Of a stretch of DNA of 64,000 nt, positions 1 through 11,799 are shown piece by piece. The stretch is from assembly GCA_030704615.1 (NCBI GenBank), contig CM060732.1:3100001-3164000 (forward strand). The letters run 5' to 3'. The notes beneath the pieces were generated by a model. That model was not told the DNA's origin. It made no database searches and was given only the letters and a program-made list of their open reading frames with translations. The position numbers and the translations under genes are program-made. This stretch comes from Takakia lepidozioides. Its lineage: Eukaryota > Plantae > Bryophyta. Position 1 is the stretch's first letter. Each line of letters begins with the position of its first letter.

Positions 1-513
1 ACTCTTTGGTCGCTTTCCGGCTCGCTCGCTTACTCACTAGTTTTTGGTCACCAACGGGCTTGCACCGTTCTCGGGGTTACTACTCCCTATATATACTTCT
101 GTAGCTGTCCGCGGGGGTTTCATAACCAGCCATGCCATTTTATGGCGAACCACCACGAAAACCCTCGACTCCCGGTGGTGAGTCGCGGTGAGTCTTGGCC
201 CACTCACCGCGGCCCCAATGGACCGTGATGAGTCCCAAGACTCCCCACGACTCCCACCTCGAGGTCTCCACCCCATGGTGAGTCCTATGCCACCCCCACT
301 AAGTCCCACTAAGCTACCACCACCCCTTGTGGAGCCACCTCCACCGCAACCCGGTGTGCGGGGCTCCACCTAGTGAGCGCCTCCGCCTCCTTGAGTGCCT
401 TGGGCACTCAAGGGTGCTTCAGCCCCCCATACCTATCGCCGCCGCTGCCCCCACCACAGGGGCAGCCCCTCATGTGTCCCGACCCCCTGCCCTCAAGGCA
501 AAGGGCCGCGACA
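1..513 (-). repeat. G1 3' LTR (partial)
   Basis: Near-identical to 6260-6763. Ends ...GGCCGCGACA at 513, next to a PPT-like tract (rc GGTAGGGGTGTG). Confidence 0.95.
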
Positions 514-1417
514 CACACCCCTACCAACAGGGAGTCGATGTCCTCATCGACTTGTCCATTTTGTAGAAACGAACATCCAAGTTGTGGCGTCCCACATCAA
601 GGAATTTGTTTCCGTACCATGGCGTCCCATGGCAAAGAACCAAACCCCACACTTGACTCCACTCTCCACTAGCTAGTTCGGCCGACTTCCTCCAGTCCCG
701 GCCAAGGGTGGAGCCTCTCCAGCTCCTCCCAGTGCACTCTTCTTGGCCTACTTCAAGGCCAAGGAACGATCCTCCCCGAGGATCGAATCGCCTTACTGCA
801 ACAACATTGCTTGCGATCGCTCATGATGCCGCTTTTGGCATCACCTTGAGCAAGGGTTCACCTGAAACCCTCTTTGACTAGGAAGATAACCTTGAACCAA
901 CCGTGCGCCCCAATCACTACAATTGGGTCCGCCTTGGAATGCTGGCCTGAGGTACGGGAACACGCCGAAGCCGCACTACGACTTCGTCCCGAGGCTACAC
1001 GATTATAGTACGTGAACGGAAGCACGTAGCTTCCGCGTTAGCCCGCACTACAAGGCAACCCCTCTCGTAGCGCAGTTATAGTACGCGCACGCGCCAGGTG
1101 CGCACTAGCACTTGAACTCCCAAATAAGGCGCAAGTTTCCTTGCCCCTTGGATGGGAGTCACCCGATTTCGGCACTGCGCAAACACACGATTAACCCAAT
1201 TTACCTCTCCCACTTTTGTAAGCTAGCATGCATTCTACACACCAGCCAACCACACCATGCATCACCATTCCAAACACAATAGGACGCACAATATTTGGAA
1301 CCCATTTCCTTTATCACAAATTTTTGTACAATACAAGTTTTTGCAATCGGATTCCTGAGCTAGCTAAACCGGGCTAAGCATGCATTTCCTCCCCCACGCT
1401 CCAAGGTTGATGTCCCA

Positions 1418-4400
1418 TCAACGCTTCTTCCGCTTTTGAGGTCGCCCTTCGAACGCTGCAACTGCCTCGGATGCGTTTCCCATTTCTGAGGCACGCACCC
1501 AATGCCTCCACAAGATGATAGCCCTTCCATTTGACGAGATACTCCGTTTCTCGGTTCTTGAACCTCCTCGACTTAAGTATTGCCTCCACCTCGTACTCGG
1601 GTTCATTTTCATGATCCAACAGCATAGGTGGCGGACGCAACACTTGCTGCCGATTCGGACGTGCTTCATCTTTGAAGTAAGGCTTCAAAAGGGAGACATG
1701 GAATACTGGGTGCACCTTGCTGTTTGCTGGCAGCTCCAATTCATACACATCCTCATTCATAACCCTCCGAATGCGAAAGGGACCCGCATACGGAGGTACG
1801 AACTTCGGACTCATTTCCGGAGGTAGTCGAAAATTCTTGATGTTCAACCAGACCTCTGTGCCTGCCTCAAACTTCACTTCCCTCCGCTTCCGATTCGCCT
1901 GCCTTTCATACCGTTTCCTAGCTTTGGCAATGTTGTACTTTGCGAGCTTCAACAAACGCTCGCGTTCTTCCAGTACCGCCGCTACTGCCGGTTCCTCAAA
2001 CGTCCTGGGCGGCCCAACTTGTCGGCACCAGAGGTGCTTTTCCATAGACCAACACAAAAGGGGAAACTCCCGTCGCGGAGTGTTCTGTGTTATTATAACA
2101 GAACTCTGCCGCGTCTAAGTGTTCCATCCAGTCTGATTGGTCTGCCGACACGTAATTCCGCAAGAATTGCTTCACTACGGAATTCACTCTTTCCGTTTGG
2201 CCGTCCGTCGTAGGTCGGAAGGCGGTGCTCATCTTCAGCCTCGTCCCATCTTCTTCCAAAGTGCTCTCCAGAATTTACTCGTAAACTTTTGGTCGCGGTC
2301 CGAGACAATATCCTTCGGGACTCCATGATGCTTTAAGACGTGGGCGAAGTAAAGTCGCCCTGTCTCCTGCGCAGTAGCCGTCTCCTTGGTGGGGATGAAA
2401 TGGGCCATTTTACTGAACCTATCTACCACCACCATGATTGCATCGAATCCTTTTGACAGCGGCATAGCAGTCATGAAATCCATCGAGACGCTTTCCCAAG
2501 TCCCCTCTGGAATCGGCAAGGGTTGTAACAGCCCCGCTTGCTTTTTATACTCGCTCCGGTTTTGTTGGCATGTGGTGCATGTCTTTACATACTCCTCTGC
2601 CTCCTCCCTCAGTTTGGGCCAGAAATACTCTTTCTTCAAGAGTGCCGCAGTGCGCTTGGCTCCACCGTGGCCCGCAAGCGGGCTATCATGGCATTCTCTC
2701 AAGACTATCCCTGATCCCTCCCTTTGGCACATAGAGACGTTTTTTGCTTATACCGGAAGCAGTCCGTTTTGCAAGTGGAACTGCGATTTAACCCCATTCT
2801 CAAGTTCTGCATCACGCACTTTGCCAGCTCATCCTTCCGGCAAGCCTTCCGGATCTTCCTTTGGAGCGCCGTCTCGCCCTTGTACACCACAAGAAAGCTG
2901 CTGCTTTCTACTTAAAGCATCGGCCACCACATTGTCCCGTCCCGGTTTGTACTGGATATCCACGTCGAACACTGCCAAAGTATCTTGCCACCTAAGTTGT
3001 TTTGGGGACAACTTGGGCTGCGTGGCAAAATACTTCACCGTGACATTGTCCGTGAACACCTTCACTGGGTTGGAACCAACATAGTGGCGCCAGAGTTCAA
3101 GGCAATGTACCACCGCCTTCATCTCTTTTTCGTGCGTCGGCCACCGTCACTCCACTTCATTCAGTTTCTTACTTTCGTAAGCCACTGGACGTCCATCTTG
3201 CATAAGTACACCCCCAATTGCGAAGTCCGATGCATCTGTATGAATCTCAAACGGACGATCGAACTCCTCGGGATTTTTAAGACTGGAGCTTCCGTCATCC
3301 GCTGCTTCAATTCAGCAAAAGCTTGGCCACAAATGTGTTCCATACCCAGACTTTGGATTTACACAGAAGGTCCGACAGCGGCCCCGCGATCTTGGCGAAA
3401 TTTCTCACATACTTCCGGTAATAGGAGGCGAGTCCTAGGAAGGATCGCACTCCCGGGACCGAAGTCGGAGGCTCCCAGTCCAAGATCGCCCTCACCTTTC
3501 TGTCATCCATTTTGATCCCATCCTGTGTAATCACGTGCCCCAAGAACTCCACTTTTGTGACCCCCGAATTCGCACTTTGAAGCTTTGGCATACAGCTTCC
3601 CTTCTCGCATTTTTGGAACACCCTTTTGAGGTGCTCCAGGTGCTCTCCTCCTTTGTTTTCGAGTACACCAAGATGTCGTCGATGTACACGATCACAAAGT
3701 CATCCAACCACTCCTGGAAAGGCTGTTCATCAGCGTGCTAAATGTCGCTGGTGCATTGGTGAGCCCAAAAGGCATCACCAAGAACTCATATGAACCATAC
3801 CTTGTCCTGCACGCGGTCTTCTCCTCATCTCCTTCCGCCACCCCGAATTTGGTGATAGCCGGAGCGCAAGTCGATCCGGCTGAAATACTACTCGCTCCTG
3901 CCAACCGATCGAAGAGGTCGTCGATCCTTGGCAAAGGGTACCGGTTTTTGATAGTCACCTTATTCAGAGCCCTGTAATCGACACACATCCGCAGCGTCCC
4001 ATCCTTCTTGTCTGCAATAGCACCGGGGCTCCGTAAGGTGACTTACTCGGCCGGATGTACCCCTTTGACATAGATCTTTGAGCTGAGTCTTCAGCTCGAC
4101 CAACTCTTTGTGGCTCAACCGGTAGGGCGCCTTGGCAGGCGGTTCCGATCCCGGTATCACCTCACCTCAATTTTGTGGTCAACTCCTCTCGCGGTGGCAA
4201 GCCGCTTGGTAAATCCTCCGGCATCACATCCTGGTATTTCTCCAAAATCCCCTTGATCCAATCTGGGCTCGGCTCCCCATCGCCTTCTCCTTTCACTTCT
4301 CTAATGTAAAGCAAACTGGGACTCGTGTGTGTCTCCTCCACGGCCCACTCCTTTGCTGATAGAAGGTTTATTCGCCCTCCCACGGATTTGGGCGTTTCCG

Positions 4401-5986
4401 ACACTCGTAAAACCTCGCCACCATCCCACATGGCAGCGTGACTACTACTCTTTGCGGCCATCTATGACCGCTCCGGATTTGCTCAAAAAGGTCATTCCCA
4501 AAATGAGATCCACTCCATCGATCTCGCAGATAGTGAAGTTCTCACGTCCCTCCCACTCCCCAGTTTGAAGAGGAACATCAAACGCCAACCTTGTCGCCAA
4601 CTGAGGTTCTCCTTTGGCAGAGCGCACCTCAATAGCGGCCCCCACGTCACTTGTCGGGAGTCCCAACTTTAGCCGCCGCCGGCGTCATGAAGGAGTGCGA
4701 CGCTCCTGTGTCCACCAACAACGACACATTAGTTCCGGATATTATCCCATCCACGAACAATAACTGACTCCCTTTTCGTAAGGCGCCAGTTTCCTGATAC
4801 AACTCACAAGAAAATTTGCCTACCTTGCAAGTCCTGGCGACCACCGCTTCCACCAAGCGACTGATGGTATCTTCCGACAGCTCCGTGGTCGCCCGAGTCA
4901 TGTTCAAATTGCCGGGGCTTCGTGCACTTCTTGGCCATGTGCCCGGGCTCCCCAAATTGAAACACACTCCATCAAAGGTCGCCTTCTGTCCGCCATAAGT
5001 CGCTCCACCCGCTTTTCCTTTCGAAGCACACCGGGTGCCGCCTTGACGTGTGAGGGACCTCCCTTCGATTTCCACGTGCCATTTTCGCCGCGTGGCCTAT
5101 CCCACTTCTTTTCCGGTCGGGAGGAGTCACCTTCCCGCCGGGTCTTCTTGTGGTTCAGCTCCGTACGGCCTTGTCTCTCACCCCTAGGGACATCCGAGAA
5201 ACATTCAGCTCTCTCAATTGCCTCGTTCAAAGTCTTGGGTGGCTTCTCCTCCAACTTCCGCCTAGCCCATGGGGCCAGTCCCGCCACAAAGTTGAAGACC
5301 ATTCTGGTTCTGCCATGTCCGCGACTTCGAGCAACAGCACATTGAAAGCCTGGACATACCCCCGAATGTCATCTGTTTGCTTCAAATTCCTCATCTTGTC
5401 CCGGGCAAGCCAGGATGCGTTGAGGGGCACAAACTGTCTCTTCATCAATTCCTTGAACTCACTCCAGTTCAAGGTTTCCGGGCTTGGGCCTCGGTCGTGA
5501 AGGCGTTTCTGCCACCATTGTTGAGCATAGCCCCTCAAATAGGTGGGAGCCACTTCCACCCCGATCCTCGTCACTCAACTTGGCCGCCCGGAAGTACTGC
5601 TCTAGCTCCAGGAGCCAGGTGTTGAGTGCCTTCCGGTTTCGAACGCCCTCGAAGGTGCCGGGTTCCTTAGGCTTCACCTTAAACTTTGCCTTGGTGGAAG
5701 TGGCATTAGCCGCCTTCAACACGTCTTTCAACGTCCCGCCAAACTGCGCCAACAACCCTTCCCAAAAGGCTGCCGGCATGGGAGGCATCTCTTGGTTTGT
5801 CGGAGCTCTCAAAGATTCCTCGGGCTCCGACTCCTCGGATTCCTCCCGCTCCTGAGCGGCCTCGTTTTCGGAAACATTAATCGCTTCCTCAAACGGCCGC
5901 CTCGGTGACACGTCGCCCCCATCGGGCTCACCGGGGTCATCATCTTTTGGGCCGTTCCGCTTTCGCTTCGGCTTGCCCGACCCCAT
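1418..5986 (-). pseudogene. G1 gag-pol (Gag, zinc knuckle, PR, RT, RH, IN, chromodomain), frameshifted as assembled
   Basis: ORF-track pieces 5459-6049, 5227-5574, 4904-5302, 4647-5075, 3692-3988, 3307-3621, 2829-3122, 2235-2732, 1374-2057 and 1418-1669 form one colinear polyprotein. Confidence 0.93.
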
Positions 5987-6027
5987 GATGAGGCCAATCC
6001 CAAGGACGATCGCGTACTGAACTCTAA

Positions 6028-6039
6028 GCTCTGATACCA
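6028..6039 (-). promoter_or_regulatory. Primer-binding site (tRNA-iMet) of G1
   Basis: rc TGGTATCAGAGC, 2 nt inside the 5' LTR boundary. Confidence 0.9.
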
Positions 6040-6041
6040 AG

Positions 6042-6763
6042 TGTCGCACACCTCGATTCGGTAACTCCCCTTCAAGTTCAAGTCATAGTTACTCGCTTTG
6101 ATGCGCGCGCGCCTGACTCCCAACCTGGCCGCCGGGCCAACTTGGAGTTTCGGCTGCTCACCGGGACATAACGGTCCCCTTCCGCTTCCCTCTAAACCCT
6201 CCACCTATTTGGGACTAGGAGAATTCCCTTTGGTAGATGGCAGTCCGGAACAGCTCCCCACTCTTTGGTCGCTTTCCGGCTCGCTCGCTTACTCACTAGT
6301 TTTTGGTCACCAACGGGCTTGCACCGTTCTCGGGTTACTACTCCCTATATATACTTCTGTAGCTGTCCGCGGGGGTTTCATAACCAGCCATGCCATTTTA
6401 TGGCGAACCACCAAAACCCTCGACTCCCGGTGGTGAGTCGCGGTGAGTCTTGGCCCACTCACCGCGGCCCCAATGGACCGTGATGAGTCCCAAGACTCCC
6501 CACGACTCCCACCTCGAGGTCTCCACCCCATGGTGAGTCCTATGCCACCCCCACTAAGTCCCACTAAGCTACCACCACCCCTTGTGGAGCCACCTCCACC
6601 GCAACCCGGTGTGCGGGGCTCCACCTAGTGAGCGCCTCCGCCCTTGAGTGCCTTGGGCACTCAAGGGCTTCAGCCCCCATACCTATCGCCGCCGCTGCCC
6701 CCACCACAGGGGCAGCCCCTCATGTGTCCCGACCCCCTGCCCTCAAGGCAAAGGGCCGCGACA
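6042..6763 (-). repeat. G1 5' LTR (722 bp)
   Basis: TGTCGC/GCGACA termini, adjacent to the PBS. Confidence 0.95.
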
Positions 6764-7405
6764 ATCTCCGCATTGGAGACACGACAGTCACTGTGACTGC
6801 TAAGGAGAGAGATATGATCCTGCAACAAGCCAAGAGGTTCAAGTGGGAGAGGACAAACTGCTCTGAGTGTGGGAGGATGGTCAAGTGAGGATTGTGCCTC
6901 ATCCACCACAGCGTGCACGGTTGGTGCGGCATGCCCATGAGGAGTTGGGGCATTTTAGGGTGCGACGCACTCAGAGTCTACTGCAAGGGCAGTATTGGTG
7001 GCGGGGTATGCATACAGAGGTGCAACAATTTGTGGCTAGGTGCACGGTATGTGACAGGGTGCATGCTTCATTCAACGCCCCTACACCACAATTGCATCCT
7101 CTTCCGATCATGGGATTGGGCTACAGGTGGAGTCTTGACTTCGCAGGCCCGTTGCCACTGACCATGCGTCACAATAAGTACGTGTTGGTAGTGAGTGGAT
7201 CGAGTTGGTTTCATTGCCTGACAAGGCTAGTGAGGGGGCTGCATATGCATTCTTGGATAGTGTGCTTAGCCGATTCAGTACTCCAGCTGAGGTACTCACG
7301 AACTAAGGGAGAGAGTTCTTGGGGGAGTTTCAGACGTTGTGTGATAAAGCCTTGATAGACCACCGTACCACTTCTCGATATCATCCTAAGGCCGATGGCT
7401 TGATA
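6764..7405 (+). pseudogene. Integrase fragment of a different Ty3/gypsy family (probable target of the G1 insertion)
   Basis: HAHEELGH...YWW.GM...CTVC (HHCC zinc finger), then WSLDFAGPLP (rve core start) and TTSRYHPKADG. Confidence 0.85.
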
Positions 7406-9749
7406 CACCGTACTATGAATGTTGTTTTGGAAATGGATCCATTCTTTGATCGTTTACGCAATCTCATGGCAGATGATGTGTATCGGGAATGTGTGGGATT
7501 TAATCCGAATGCTATTAACAATGTAGCCCAGTGCCATTTTTTACCCATTATAATCACTCTTGGACAAGTGTGTAAGACACGAGTTTAAACAGCCCATGAT
7601 TTGTTTGATCGGTAACAAAGGAACAAGTTATTGTGCTGACAGGGACCTGGGAGTTTGTCAGACTTATTTTCCAGACTGATAAAATAATTAAAAAATATTA
7701 AGGTATTAAAATAAGAACCAGAATCCAACAAAAACCCAGTGTTTTTTTTTTTTTTTTTCATATTTCCAAAATCGCTGGCGGGGCCACATGTGAATTTTAC
7801 CCATTGCCCATGTGGCGAGAATATCGAGGTGACAGAGTTAGAAAAGTGGCTATATTCTAGGTGGCACGTTTTAACTCGTCCACATCGGCAAGATTAGGCT
7901 CCTGAAATTTATCTGTTAGTGCTATTTGGCGAAAATTTCGGATTTTACCCCCCATAATTCTTTTGTACAAGTAACTTGGTTTGCATATTTCTGCTTCCAT
8001 GGACACCCCACCCCACCATCCCCTACGCGCGTCCACAAAGTTTGAACTATGGCACTTCAATTTGGCTGATAAATCCTCCATGAAGCCTGGCAAGATAATA
8101 CAGCCACAAGGGCCCCACTCCATGAGCGCCCCTGTATCAACCACTCTTTCCCTTCATAGTTCTCTATTTGAATAAGTTTGGATGCTTGAGGGCTGAAGGT
8201 CGGCATGGGTAACGGAAGCCCCAACTCCAACTGGTAGTCCAAGTAGGCATCAAATGGCAATCTTCTAACCTAGAGCTGTTCCAAAATGTTGATCCCATAC
8301 CATTCATTTGGAAACCCAGTAAATAGTGAGGAAGAGAGTGCAAGCAGTGATAACCCCTGATAAAATCCAATTGTCCTTCGATCGTTTGTGCTTGATGGCC
8401 CCTGTCACAAAGATTCACACAGACCCCATCCAACTTTCAGTACAAATAGTTTTCTATCAGGCTTATGTAAAATTCTGTTAATGGGAGGAAGCCAGACACA
8501 CCTAATTACAAGCTGTGGATCACAGGAAATCGGTCACCCAGTTGCTTTAGCTTCCCCTATATCTCCATGAACACAGAGTGTTGCGGAGCAAGTGCCCCTT
8601 TCGCAGCCTGGGCTTCATTGATCACCTCATCCATCTGCCCCCAACCACAATCACAAGCAATTAAACCACAGGCAATTACTCATCATAAGTCCAGCTGAAA
8701 TTCTTTCTTCCTCTATTGTGTGTGATTGCCACTGCAATTGCAGCCACATAAGCCACGTCTGTGTTCACTTACAGCATTCAATGGTTGTGTTGGACTGATC
8801 ATCATGCATACAGGGAGACCATGGATCGGCACGAAAATAAAAGTCCAACTCTTCTGAGTTGACCCTTCATAGAAAACAAATTTAGAATGCAGTTGAGCCG
8901 ATCCACCACATTGACATGTATTGAGGCTCAACTACAGTACAACTGACAGCTCTTGGTGACCTCACATATACCCCATCGAGCAATAATCTGAAACCTAGTG
9001 CAGAATATAACAATTTGTCTTGCATCATCATAGTATACTACACTGCTCAATAAGGAAAAGCTGGCGAGTTGTGATGATGCCAATTGAGATCACCGGCTGT
9101 ACCTATGTCAAGGTCTCAGATAGTGGCCACACTTATCTGTATGCACTTGTAACCATGACTAGGCTCAGCCTGCCTAGCCAAACAGGCCTGCAACCCATTT
9201 TGCCCAGAATAATTCGCCTAGAGCAATCTGGTACAAGTGCTTTCGGCCTTGGCTGCCTTTCCTCAGAAAAAGAAAAAACGAAAGTTGGTGACAGAGGCGC
9301 AGGGCCAGTGTCACTCCCCAGGATCCTCCCATCACCATCCATCTGCATTCATCTCACCGTTCAGATCAGGGTTCTCCTCCACACAAACTGTTGGTAACGA
9401 GCACATACTGTTAACCTTCATGTGAAATAATGTGCCATGCAAGATCAAGTGAGCTCCTATCCTGATCCCAATTTCCAACAACCTTTATTGGACAGCATGC
9501 ATCCACTTTTTGGCCATGTTAAATGAAGACACAGAAACAGCTACCGGGTGCACTCTATCAGGAAAACTTATTTGCGGAGCATAGGTTCCTGCAAGCTCTC
9601 CTGCAATCCAGCATTACTCCATTCAAGCCCATCCCATGGCTTCCCAACAATAATCCGTGAGCAGTAGACATGCTACAAATTCAAGAGTTGGCTAAGCCCT
9701 CTACCATTGTGTAGTACATCAAGTTTGACACCAGGGCAGTGTTCAGAAT

Positions 9750-10770
9750 GACCCACCATTGACTGGGGTCAGAAAAGTATTCATTCCACAGCTTCTCCTC
9801 ATCTCTGTTACCTGTTTTTGGATACTTTCCTGTTGTCACATTGGCAGTATCATGTCAAAGTCACTCCAAACTAGATTCACTCAACCAGCTAACTTGCAGA
9901 ATTCAACATGGAAATTTAGGGCCGATTCTGATAAGAGGGAAAAACCGGGTGAAATGTGTTGAAGAAGGTGCCTTCATTGGCAGTGCCTGATTTTATCAAT
10001 TGTGCCGCTGCTGCTGCGGCTTCCAGTTGACCATCTACCCATGCAGGTTTCGAGTAGCTATCCTTCCACAGGGAACATCGGTAATCTGGAGCTTGAAATC
10101 CGGCCCTCTTGGATGAATCTGGACCCACACTCTATCCCTGCTCCTTCGGCTATCCATGCGTCTGCACAAATCATGCGTACATCCTCGCCTCGCTGCTAGC
10201 AGCTGACAATAACAGCCTAGAATTTTTCCAGCAAACACCCCAACCCTACTTATCACACTAGTTCCTATGCTGACTTGCGTCTGCTTCCAACAAGCATTCA
10301 CCTTTTTGCCTCGATTGTTCCACCATTGACTAGGGTCGGAAACGTATTCATTCCAGAGCTTCTCCTCGTCTCTGTTATATCGATTCTTTCATGTTGCCAC
10401 ATTGCAGTAAGATGTCAAAATCACTCCTAAACCACCATAGATCCACCAACGAGATCTCAACATGAATAGGGACGACTCTGATAACAGGCATCTCACCAGA
10501 AACACAGCTAAGTCCCAAAATATGTTCACAAATGCCTTCGTTGAGCCAGAACGCTCCCTTGGCTTCCCTTCCTCCGCCCGGCTCCTGTTCGCCGTCTGAT
10601 CTAACACACAAAACCTGTAGCCCAAAAAGAGGGTCGTCGATCATCAGGCTTGACACTCTCAAGACCCACATGTAAGCAAACACATACCTAAGAACCACCA
10701 CGGTGCAGCTGAGCAGGCAGAGATTGAAACACGGCCTGCTAAGACCAAGCTGACTCTCCCAAGAACCTTG
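9750..10770 (-). pseudogene. Degenerate OSB/PTAC9-like (PDF-motif organellar ssDNA-binding protein) fragments
   Basis: Minus-strand translations RDEEKLWNEYFSDPSQWW (about 9755-9810, repeated at about 10320-10378) and HPRGPDFK.../SLWKDSYSKPAWVDGQL (about 10025-10120) resemble the two halves of the PDF motif. Stops and frameshifts are present. Confidence 0.6.
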
Positions 10771-10996
10771 TAAACAGCAGGAAAACGGTGTGTGAAACCC
10801 CTCCGCGCTCAAGCACGTGGACATTTGGAGCATTTCGGGCATTTCGGGCTGTCCAAAGAAATTGACGATGACGTGGCTACAAAATGTGGCGACGATGATG
10901 TGGCACTATGGCACCCTATTCCTACTCTACGCTAAACTAGCTTCTGACCTGCGGTAGTCGCTAGAATTTGTTAGTTGCAGTTTGGCATTAAGTATA

Positions 10997-11098
10997 GGGT
11001 AAGTCCCTGGACCGAGGGCATTCACTGATTTGAGGGCACCTACGAGGGCGAGTAGGTGCCAGAAAATCAGTGAATGCCCGAGGTCCAGGGACTTACCC
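10997..11098. repeat. 102-bp fold-back hairpin (MITE-like)
   Basis: GGGTAAGTCCCTGGACC..GGGCATTCACTGATTT...GGCACCTAC pairs with GTAGGTGCC...AAATCAGTGAATGCCC..GGTCCAGGGACTTACCC. No clear TSD. Confidence 0.75.
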
Positions 11099-11799
11099 AG
11101 CGTAAAGCACGGACAGAAAATTTTCACTTGACGTCATCATTCAAGTGGGCCATCCTGTCGCAGGATGTTCACAGAACGCGTAACGCCCTGGACAGGCTGG
11201 CGCGGGATGTCACAAAAAGCATAATGCCCTGGACAGCCTGTCGCGGCATGTTCACCAAAGCCCTATTTGGACTTGCCTCAAATCTTCACGTGTATAAGCG
11301 GACGTCCAAATACACTAAAATTTTTCTAGTAGTGCTTTACGTATCCTAACTCTGAACAGGTTGTGATCTGAGTGGAAGAACAAAGAAGCTGAGGTTGGTG
11401 GAGCGGGAAAGGGCTGAGGGACATCACAGCCTCTGTGATGTAAATTTTCACAAGAATGAGGACGAAGCTTGCAATATGCACAAAGTCTTGCAAATTAATT
11501 AGTGATATTGTTGCATAGAGCTTTAGACCCACAGCAATATCCCAGTCACCAGAAAGTTAGCACAATCCAAAGCACTTGTACACCTGAACAAAAAACTGAA
11601 TTAAGAAAATAGGAGAAAGCTTTTGACACCTGCAAGCAAAAAATCCCTGTAGGCTTCTGTAATCAAGAACTGAATGCTAGCGTTGTAAAATGTATCATGT
11701 AAAAGAATTGAAGAATCTTCAGGGTTACAACTGTATGGTAAGCTCAATGGAGCTACCGAGTTCACAACTCATTTTGGAATGTCTCATGAGTTCCAACAC

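Larger units (their letters stand above)
1..6763 (-). mobile_element. Ty3/gypsy chromovirus LTR retrotransposon G1 (Galadriel-like), 3' LTR runs off window start
   Basis: LTR 6042-6763 (TGTCGC...GCGACA) matches 1-513. tRNA-Met PBS present. gag, protease (LLVDTGASHSF), RT ([11 protein letters not shown]), RNase H, integrase (CHDSPLAGH..C..C; GPF motif) and chromodomain (YEVEAILKSR..YLVKWKGY) occur in gypsy order. Confidence 0.96.

Noticed and set aside
37-676. Gly- and Pro-rich ORFs repeated at about 6300, 22630 and 62700
   Set aside because: They are incidental frames within LTR copies.
7410-9750. Possible gene fragments and short ORFs
   Set aside because: No recognisable domain or consistent exon chain, so left unannotated.
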